The notes beneath the pieces were generated by a model, which worked only from the letters and a program-made list of their open reading frames with translations, made no database searches and was not told the origin of the DNA. Positions 56,985-64,000 of a stretch of 64,000 nucleotides of DNA are shown piece after piece. Both the position numbers and the translations under genes were made by a program. Positions within the stretch are counted from its first letter, which is position 1; each line of letters opens with the position of its first letter. Origin of the DNA: Spirochaetaceae bacterium (GTDB lineage: Bacteria > Spirochaetota > Spirochaetia > DSM-2461); the NCBI GenBank assembly GCA_965224705.1, contig OZ245056.1:1408001-1472000 (forward strand), written 5' to 3'.

Positions 56985-58691
56985 ATGAAAAGAATGTTTA
57001 TTTCCCTATTGGCGGCTAGCCTGCTGACCCTGTGCCCCTGGAGCCTTGCCGCCCGGGGTGATGAAGAGGCAGGTAAGAATGGAGAAATAACGGTTGAATC
57101 CGGAGTGAAGAGGGGGGGCATTGTGAATGTAACCTCTTCAAAACAGGGAGTTTTGATCAAGAATTTCAACCCCTTTTCTCCAAACGCTCTCCGCCCTACT
57201 TTCGGATGTTTTTACGAACCCCTGGTGTTTGCCAATGCCTACTCAGGGGACATCCTGCCATGGCTGGCCGAATCATTCTCATGGTCAGAGGATCTGAAAA
57301 CCCTGAACTTCAATCTGAGGAAGGATGTTCAGTGGAACGATGGAAGCGGTTTTGATGCGGATGATGTCATCTTCACGGTTGAACTGGGTAAGGATAACAA
57401 GGTTCTCGACAAGATTGGAATCTGGAAGCAGGGTCTTGTTTCTATTGAAAAAATTGATCGGTACAGCGTTGCATTCCATTTTGATGAGGTGAATACCACC
57501 ATACTCCCTGGCCTTGGAAGTCTTTATATAATCCCTGAACACATCTGGGCTGCCATCGATAACCCCTCCGAGTGGACGGGCAACGAGAATCCTGTAGGGA
57601 CGGGGCCCTTTCTTTTTGAGGATAACTCCTTCTCCGAGCAGTCCTACAGACTCAAAAAAAATCCCTCCTACTGGCAGATGGGCATGGATGGAAAACCGCT
57701 TCCCTACATCAACGGTATCCAGTACATAGGAGCCACCGGTAATGCCCAGGCCCAGATGAAGATTATATCGGGGGAGATTGACTGGGGAATGTACTTTATC
57801 GCCAATATTGAGGAAACCTATGCCAAGAGAGATAAACTTCACAACCACTATTGGATTCCCGAGGGAAACCTCGTTTACCTGAACCTGAACAATGGAACAG
57901 AGCCCTTTAACAGCAGAAATATGAGAAGGGCCCTGGCCATGGCCATTGATCAAGAGGAAATTACAACCATTATGAACTCCGGTGCTGTTCCCGCTGATCA
58001 GGGAGGGGTGAAAACCGGCTACCTCTCATGGATACCCCAGAGTGCTTCAAAGTACAAATTGAGCTTTGATCCCCCGGGAGCGGTGAAGATTATGGAAGGA
58101 GAGGGATATACAAAAAACGATAAGGGCATTATGGAAAAAAATGGAAAAGAACTATCCTTTGCCCTCTATGTTCCCACCGGCTGGACCGACTGGATAACCG
58201 CAGTAGAAACCATAAGCAATCAACTCAAGGTGGTAGGTATTGAAGCCCGGGTAACCCAGGTGGCCTGGCCCTCCCCCTTTCTGGATAATATTACAACTGG
58301 CGAATATTACATTTCCATAGATTTTGTTAATTCAGGTTTCTCACCCTACTATCAATACAATAGTATTCTCCCATCAAGGCATTGGGCTGAAGTTGGAGAA
58401 GAGGCAACAGGCCATTCCCAGGTGAGATTTAAGGATCCAGCCATCGACCGGGCCTTTGATGACTACAGAAAAACCGATGACCCCGACAAACAATTGGAGA
58501 GTATAGGCTATATCCTGGAAACCGTAATGAAGGAAACGCCCCTGATCCCGCTCTTCTTCAACCCCACATGGTTTGAGTACTCCACACGGAACTTCACCGG
58601 ATGGCCCAATGCCGAGGATCCCTACACCATGCCCATGGTGGCTAATATGGACAAAATGCCCATATTCTTGCGCATTCAGCCCAGAAAGTAG
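56985..58691 (+). CDS. ABC transporter family-5 (peptide/oligosaccharide) substrate-binding protein
   Basis: NFNPF, YEPL, PWLAESFSWSED, NPVGTGPF, FTGWP. Confidence 0.92.
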   Translation: MKRMFISLLAASLLTLCPWSLAARGDEEAGKNGEITVESGVKRGGIVNVTSSKQGVLIKNFNPFSPNALRPTFGCFYEPLVFANAYSGDILPWLAESFSWSEDLKTLNFNLRKDVQWNDGSGFDADDVIFTVELGKDNKVLDKIGIWKQGLVSIEKIDRYSVAFHFDEVNTTILPGLGSLYIIPEHIWAAIDNPSEWTGNENPVGTGPFLFEDNSFSEQSYRLKKNPSYWQMGMDGKPLPYINGIQYIGATGNAQAQMKIISGEIDWGMYFIANIEETYAKRDKLHNHYWIPEGNLVYLNLNNGTEPFNSRNMRRALAMAIDQEEITTIMNSGAVPADQGGVKTGYLSWIPQSASKYKLSFDPPGAVKIMEGEGYTKNDKGIMEKNGKELSFALYVPTGWTDWITAVETISNQLKVVGIEARVTQVAWPSPFLDNITTGEYYISIDFVNSGFSPYYQYNSILPSRHWAEVGEEATGHSQVRFKDPAIDRAFDDYRKTDDPDKQLESIGYILETVMKETPLIPLFFNPTWFEYSTRNFTGWPNAEDPYTMPMVANMDKMPIFLRIQPRK

Positions 58692-58721
58692 CGACGCCCC
58701 ATCGGGGATGCAGGGATATTG

Positions 58722-59744
58722 ATGAAGTATATATTAGCGAAGATCTTCTGGTTTGTATTTGCCCTCTTTATTGCCATAAGTATAAACTTCATCCTCCCCC
58801 GGATGATGCCCGGCGATCCTGTCAGTGTACTGGTGAACAAACTTCAGGGAATTGATGAAGGCTCCATAGATGCCATAAAGGCGGCCTTCGGGGTTGATAC
58901 GGATAAAAACATCTTCCAACAGTATGTTGAGTACCTGGTAAACCTTCTCAATGGCAACCTTGGAATATCCATCAGCAATTATCCCCACAAGGTGTGGGAC
59001 GTTATGTCAACTGTCATGCCCTGGACCATTGGCCTGATGGGTTTATCCACCCTATTCAGTTTCACCCTGGGCACCCTGATTGGAATTACCGTGGCCTGGA
59101 AGCGGGAAACGCCCCTGGCGAACGGGGTGTTGGGGATTTTCCTCTTCATCCGATCCTTTCCCTACTTCTGGTTAGGGCTTATTCTGGTTTACTTCTTTGC
59201 GTTCAAGAATCCCATCTTTCCCCTGGGAGGAGCCTATTCCATCAGCGTTATACGGGGAGACGGCTGGCCCTTTTTTAGATCGGTCATTACCCATGGGCTC
59301 TTGCCTGGTTTGACTATCAGCATAAGCTCCATGGGTTACTGGATGCTTACGGTCCGCAACAACATGATCAATGTTCTTGCGGAGGATTACATCGTTGTGG
59401 CAAAGGCAAAGGGACTTCCTGTCGCGAGAATTAGAAATCGTTATGCCGCTAGAAACGCCATCCTTCCCTCGGTATCCGGTTTTGCCATGGCCCTGGGATT
59501 CGTCATAGGCGGAAGTCTTCTTACCGAGATGGTTTTTTCCTATCCGGGCATAGGCTTCATGCTTTACCAGGCGGTTCAGCAACAGGATTATCCGTTAATC
59601 CAGGCCATTTTCCTATTCATTGCCGTGGCGGTGCTGGTTGCCAACCTGCTTTCCGACCTGGTTATCATGCTGCTTGATCCGAGGGTCAGAGACGGAGGAG
59701 CAAAAAATGAAGCAGGATGTATTTCGTCTATTCATCGACAATAA
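58722..59744 (+). CDS. ABC permease (OppB/DppB-like)
   Basis: PRMMPGDP, EDYIVVAKAKGL, DYPLIQ, LDPRVR. Confidence 0.92.
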   Translation: MKYILAKIFWFVFALFIAISINFILPRMMPGDPVSVLVNKLQGIDEGSIDAIKAAFGVDTDKNIFQQYVEYLVNLLNGNLGISISNYPHKVWDVMSTVMPWTIGLMGLSTLFSFTLGTLIGITVAWKRETPLANGVLGIFLFIRSFPYFWLGLILVYFFAFKNPIFPLGGAYSISVIRGDGWPFFRSVITHGLLPGLTISISSMGYWMLTVRNNMINVLAEDYIVVAKAKGLPVARIRNRYAARNAILPSVSGFAMALGFVIGGSLLTEMVFSYPGIGFMLYQAVQQQDYPLIQAIFLFIAVAVLVANLLSDLVIMLLDPRVRDGGAKNEAGCISSIHRQ

Positions 59745-60567
59745 AAAAGCTCTGGCGGGTCTTATCATTCTGGGGATCTTCATCCTCATCGCCATTTTCG
59801 CCCCCCTCCTTGCCCCCTTCGGGCCAAAACAAAATGTGGATGACCTGGGGAATAAAAATGAGTTGATGGCTCCTCCCTCAGCCAAACACCTGCTGGGCAC
59901 CACTAACGCTGGTTACGACCTCTTCTCCCAACTCCTCTACGGTTCAAGGGTTACTCTGGGAGTGGGCATCATCACCGGCTTAATCACCACCTTCATCTCT
60001 CTCACCGTGGGAATGCTGGGAGGCTATTTGCGGGGCCCTGTGGATGATGTAATTTCCTTCATCTGCAACATTTTCCTCGTCATACCCAGTCTTCCGCTGG
60101 TAATCGTCGTGGCATCCTATATCTCAATCAAGGGCGTTGTCCCCATCGTCCTCATTCTTGCCTTTACGGGGTGGGCCTGGGGATCCAGGATCATCAGGGC
60201 CCAGGTTCTTTCCATAGGAGAGAGGGAGTATGTAAAAATGGCCGAGGTTATGGGAGAACATTCCCTGATGATCGTCTTCCGGGAGATTTTACCCAACATC
60301 ATATCTCTGGTAATGGCCATCTTTTTTACATCCACCATCGCGGCCATCATAGGCGAGGCCACACTGGAGTTTATCGGTCTTGGTAATATCTCCACGGTAA
60401 CATGGGGAACCATGCTTTTCTGGGCCCAGAATAATTCGGCCCTTCTTCTCGGTGCCTGGTGGTGGTTTCTTCCGCCGGGGCTGCTCATCGGACTTCTGGG
60501 CACGTCTTTCGCTTTGATGAACTTTGCCGTCGATGAAATCTCAAACCCCAAAATAAGGAAAAGATGA
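59707..60567 (+). CDS. ABC permease (OppC/DppC-like)
   Basis: PPSAKHLLGT, EILPN, TWGTML, WWWFLPPG. Confidence 0.92.
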   Translation: MKQDVFRLFIDNKKALAGLIILGIFILIAIFAPLLAPFGPKQNVDDLGNKNELMAPPSAKHLLGTTNAGYDLFSQLLYGSRVTLGVGIITGLITTFISLTVGMLGGYLRGPVDDVISFICNIFLVIPSLPLVIVVASYISIKGVVPIVLILAFTGWAWGSRIIRAQVLSIGEREYVKMAEVMGEHSLMIVFREILPNIISLVMAIFFTSTIAAIIGEATLEFIGLGNISTVTWGTMLFWAQNNSALLLGAWWWFLPPGLLIGLLGTSFALMNFAVDEISNPKIRKR

Positions 60568-60570
60568 CCC

Positions 60571-61629
60571 ATGAAGGATGTTCTAAAAAACACCGGGACT
60601 GACCGGGGTGAACCTTCACAATCGAAAACATCGGCTTATCCCGAAAGCGGCTCCGATACATTGCTGAAGCTTGTTAATCTCAATGCCGGTTATCAGATGA
60701 AGCAGGGGAAGATTAAAGCCGTCGATTCCATAAACCTGGAGTTAAAACGGGGGGAATTCCTGGGAATAGCCGGAGAATCGGGCTGCGGAAAATCTACCCT
60801 GGCTTACACAATCATGGGGCTTCTTGAGGATAATGGCCGAGTCTTTGATGGCCAACTTTTTTTCGATGGACGAAAGATTAGCCCTACCGACGAGAAGGTC
60901 TACAGAACAATTCGCTGGAACAAGGTATCCATGGTGTTTCAATCCGCCATGAACTCCCTGAACCCCGTTCTTACCATTAGAGAACAGCTTACCGATGCCC
61001 TCCTCAGCCATGACAGAAATTTGAAAGCCGCCGATGCTCTGGAAAGGGCTAAAAGCAGGCTCAGACTTGTTGACATAAGCGAAGATCGTCTGGATGCCTA
61101 TCCCCATCAGCTTTCGGGGGGAATGAAACAGCGGGTGATGATAGCCATGGCCCTCATAATGGATCCCGATATTATCATCATGGATGAACCCACCACGGCC
61201 CTGGATGTGGTGGTACAGAGAACCATAATCGATAAGATCGCAGAACTACAGAGGGAATTTCAATTTGCCGTTATCTTCATTACCCACGATATCTCCCTCC
61301 TTGTTGAAATATCCGACAAACTCATCATCATGTACGCCGGACAGGTGGTGGAGAGCGGCCCGGCCGCGAGGGTTTACAACTATCCGGCCCATCCCTATAC
61401 AAGGGGACTCATGCGCTCCTTTCCTTCCCTCACGGGCAAACTCATTGAATTTGGCGGGATCCCGGGCAAACCGCCGGATTTTCTAAGTCTCCCCGGAGGG
61501 TGTCGCTTCAGCCCCCGCTGCCCCGAGGCGAAAGATGTTTGTAGACTTGAGGACCCCGATTTCATCCAGGTGGGGGAAGATCACCATGGCCGATGTCATT
61601 TCGCCAGGAGGAAGGGTGAAAGAGAATAA
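60571..61629 (+). CDS. ABC ATPase (OppD/DppD-like)
   Basis: GESGCGKST, LSGGMKQR, DEPTTALD, HPYT, C-terminal Cys motif. Confidence 0.94.
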   Translation: MKDVLKNTGTDRGEPSQSKTSAYPESGSDTLLKLVNLNAGYQMKQGKIKAVDSINLELKRGEFLGIAGESGCGKSTLAYTIMGLLEDNGRVFDGQLFFDGRKISPTDEKVYRTIRWNKVSMVFQSAMNSLNPVLTIREQLTDALLSHDRNLKAADALERAKSRLRLVDISEDRLDAYPHQLSGGMKQRVMIAMALIMDPDIIIMDEPTTALDVVVQRTIIDKIAELQREFQFAVIFITHDISLLVEISDKLIIMYAGQVVESGPAARVYNYPAHPYTRGLMRSFPSLTGKLIEFGGIPGKPPDFLSLPGGCRFSPRCPEAKDVCRLEDPDFIQVGEDHHGRCHFARRKGERE

Positions 61630-62584
61630 CCAGTTATTGGAAATCCGGGGGGTGAGCAAACAATTCCCCATTCGTCGATTAGGAAGGGACCAATCTGTTC
61701 ACGCCATGCATGATGTTTCCTTTTCCATCGACAATGGCGAGATCCTGGCCCTCGTAGGAGAATCGGGAAGCGGTAAAAGTACAACAGCCAAGGTCATTGC
61801 CAAGCTCTACGAACACGATGAGGGCCTGGCCCGTTTCAAGGGAAAGGATATTGGAGTGATCCGTTCAAGGAAGGAATCCCTTGAGTACAAAAAAAATGTC
61901 CAGATGATATTCCAGGATCCCTTTGGTTCCCTCAATCCCACACATACCATCAATACCATCCTGGAACGTGCCTTTGTGATTCACAAACTCTGCCCCAGGA
62001 GGGAAATACCTGAAAGGGTTGAGGAACTTCTTGCTCATGTAGGAATGGTGCCGCCGGAGCAGTATTTGCGAAAATTCCCCCATGAACTTTCGGGAGGGCA
62101 GCGGCAGAGAATCAATATTGCCCGGGCCATATCCGTGAGACCCAAACTGCTTCTGGCCGATGAGCCCACATCGATGCTCGACGTTTCCATCAGGATGATT
62201 ATCATGAATATGATTAGACAATTTCGAGACAACCAGGGAATTTCCTGTCTCTACATAACCCACGATCTTGCTGGCGCCCGATACATCGCCGACAGAATCG
62301 CCGTTATGTATGCCGGAATGGTTATGGAGGTGGGAAGGGCCGAGGATGTGATCCAGAAGGTCTACCATCCCTATTCTCAACTCCTCAAGGCCGCAGCGCC
62401 CAAACCGGAGAATCTCTTCAACCGGGAAAAACTCACCACAAAGGGAGAGATACCCAGCCTTATCAAGCCCCCATCGGGTTGTCGATTCCACCCCCGCTGC
62501 CCTGTCGTCCGACCGGAATGCTCTGAAAAGATTCCTCCGATGAAGGAAAAAGGGGATGGCCATCTGGTGAGATGCATACTCTGA
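61616..62584 (+). CDS. ABC ATPase (OppF/DppF-like)
   Basis: AGGAGG before GTG 61616; GESGSGKST, LSGGQRQR, DEPTSMLD. Confidence 0.94.
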   Translation: MKENNQLLEIRGVSKQFPIRRLGRDQSVHAMHDVSFSIDNGEILALVGESGSGKSTTAKVIAKLYEHDEGLARFKGKDIGVIRSRKESLEYKKNVQMIFQDPFGSLNPTHTINTILERAFVIHKLCPRREIPERVEELLAHVGMVPPEQYLRKFPHELSGGQRQRINIARAISVRPKLLLADEPTSMLDVSIRMIIMNMIRQFRDNQGISCLYITHDLAGARYIADRIAVMYAGMVMEVGRAEDVIQKVYHPYSQLLKAAAPKPENLFNREKLTTKGEIPSLIKPPSGCRFHPRCPVVRPECSEKIPPMKEKGDGHLVRCIL

Positions 62585-62605
62585 GTCGGTGCGGAGGGAA
62601 ATGAG

Positions 62606-63664
62606 ATGCATCTAAGGGAACTGGCCGCAGGGGAGGTCGAGAAGGGAACTTTTCCGGCCATCTCCATGCTGGTGGAAAAACGCGGCCAGAGGCAATTCAC
62701 CTTCCACGGCGGTAAACGCCAGATCTTTCCCGAGGAAGAACCCATTTCCCCGGATACAATCTATGACCTTGCCTCCCTCACGAAGCCTCTGGCGACGACT
62801 CTGGCGGCTCTCAATGTTTTTGAAGCCGAGGGGATCCGATTCGACTCCCCAGTTTCCCGATTCATCTCCCGAATGAGGGGAAGAGAAATTACCCTGGAAT
62901 CCCTCTTCACTCATACTTCCGCCCTGCCTCCGGTTTCCAATCTTTACGAGGAATTCGCTACCGAGGATGAAATTGATAGGGAGAAATGCCTGGCCAGGCT
63001 TTTTTCCCTGGAGCCTCAAACTGAATATGAATCCCAGGTAATCTATAGCTGCACCGGATACCTTCTTCTTGCACGGGTCATTGAAGAAATCACCGGAATA
63101 AATCTGTCCAGGCTCTTTGAAACATTGATTGTCGAGCCGACGGGACTGGGGGGCATTGGGTTTTCCCCCGATGAAGATCAAAGATCCCTCGCTGCGGCCA
63201 CAGAGTACTGTTCCTGGCGTAAGAGATGGCTGAAGGGAGAGGTCCATGATAAAAATGCCTGGTGTTTTCCAGGGGGAGGGGGAAACGCGGGATTATTCGG
63301 TACCCTGAAAGGGGTCAGTTCCCTTGCGGATGTTTTTCTTCAGGAAGGTTATCTTAACGGTCGGCAAATCCTCTCTCCCCGCGGACTTTTTTGCATGACC
63401 CATAATATGACCGGTGATCTTTCGCCAAAGAGAGCCTACGGTTTCCTCATGCAGGATGCAGGCAGCTTTGCCGGGCCCTGTTTCTCCTCGTCGGCCTTCG
63501 GGCATACCGGTTTCACCGGCGTCAGCCTATGGATTGATCCTGCAAAAGAACTCAAGATAGTGATCCTTACAAACCGGGTTCATTTCGGAAGGGATAAAAC
63601 GTCCGCGGCGACTATTGATTTCAGAAGGCGGATTCACAGCCATATCGCGGAAGAATATGCCTGA
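62606..63664 (+). CDS. Serine hydrolase, beta-lactamase class C-like family
   Basis: YDLASLTK (SxxK), YSCTGY, GEVHD, FGHTGFTG, LTNRVH. Confidence 0.9.
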   Translation: MHLRELAAGEVEKGTFPAISMLVEKRGQRQFTFHGGKRQIFPEEEPISPDTIYDLASLTKPLATTLAALNVFEAEGIRFDSPVSRFISRMRGREITLESLFTHTSALPPVSNLYEEFATEDEIDREKCLARLFSLEPQTEYESQVIYSCTGYLLLARVIEEITGINLSRLFETLIVEPTGLGGIGFSPDEDQRSLAAATEYCSWRKRWLKGEVHDKNAWCFPGGGGNAGLFGTLKGVSSLADVFLQEGYLNGRQILSPRGLFCMTHNMTGDLSPKRAYGFLMQDAGSFAGPCFSSSAFGHTGFTGVSLWIDPAKELKIVILTNRVHFGRDKTSAATIDFRRRIHSHIAEEYA

Positions 63665-63673
63665 TGTAAGGAA

Positions 63674-64000
63674 TCAGCCTCCCCCCGGTAATTCTGCCGG
63701 ATGGATTACATAGCAGGCGCCGCCTGAACCTTCAAGCCAGCGCTGCTGCAATTGATCGCAGCGGTAGGTTCTTTTTACCTGGGAATCGGTTCTTCCCGCA
63801 GGGTCCTGAACGAATGCGCCTCCGGCTCCATCAAAACCGGTGATGACAATGAGGTGGCCCGCAGTGGAGGGGATGGGACTGCCGTCCAGGGGGCGATCCT
63901 CTTCCCTGTTCCAGGACACACTCATAACCAGGGGGATGCCCTGGCTAAGGTAGGGAAGGAGGTCATCCAATCTGGAAAAACGGCGGACCGTACTCCTCAG
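63674..64000 (-). CDS. Peptidase C39-like protein, C-terminal part (5' end outside window)
   Basis: GIPLVMSV...GHLIVITGF...VQDPA; frame open to the window edge. Confidence 0.7.
   Translation of the reverse strand: MRSTVRRFSRLDDLLPYLSQGIPLVMSVSWNREEDRPLDGSPIPSTAGHLIVITGFDGAGGAFVQDPAGRTDSQVKRTYRCDQLQQRWLEGSGGACYVIHPAELPGGG

Noticed and set aside
62606..63664. Beta-lactamase resistance gene
   Set aside because: No signal peptide and located in a transporter operon; the fold is shared with esterases and amidases

Overview
Bacterial chromosomal window, probably from a spirochaete of the Spirochaetaceae type. This is an inference from the 'FAGGGQE' solute-binding protein, the ppdK-efp-epmA-ferredoxin block and the TPR-rich genes. 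The first ~21 kb is a defence/accessory island: hicB with a frameshifted hicA, an integrase remnant, a complete type I Wadjet operon (jetABCD), a 1.3-kaa FN3/Ig/LRR surface lipoprotein, two AAA-ATPase/PD-(D/E)xK paralogs, an internally deleted MmeI-like RM gene, and an intact three-gene Dam-like methyltransferase / ParB-like / putative endonuclease cassette. 21-27 kb holds accessory exported proteins: glutathione peroxidase, a 15-aa repeat protein, a WD40-caspase lipoprotein and an acidic repeat lipoprotein. 27-36.5 kb is housekeeping genes and a sugar ABC transporter. 36.6-46.6 kb is a tandem array of four more AAA-ATPase/PD-(D/E)xK paralogs in ~2.05-kb units, each preceded by a ~100-bp double-hairpin repeat; an IS1380 is inserted just before the third gene. 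47-64 kb holds a phosphoesterase/ParB-like fusion, TPR proteins, tctCBA, a family-5 ABC transporter, a serine hydrolase and a partial C39-like peptidase. The best candidates for an undescribed system are (i) the six mosaic AAA-nuclease paralogs with discrete variable segments and an associated hairpin repeat, and (ii) the MTase-ParB-nuclease cassette. No CRISPR array, rRNA or tRNA was recognised. Domain calls come from motif recognition only; no database search was run.
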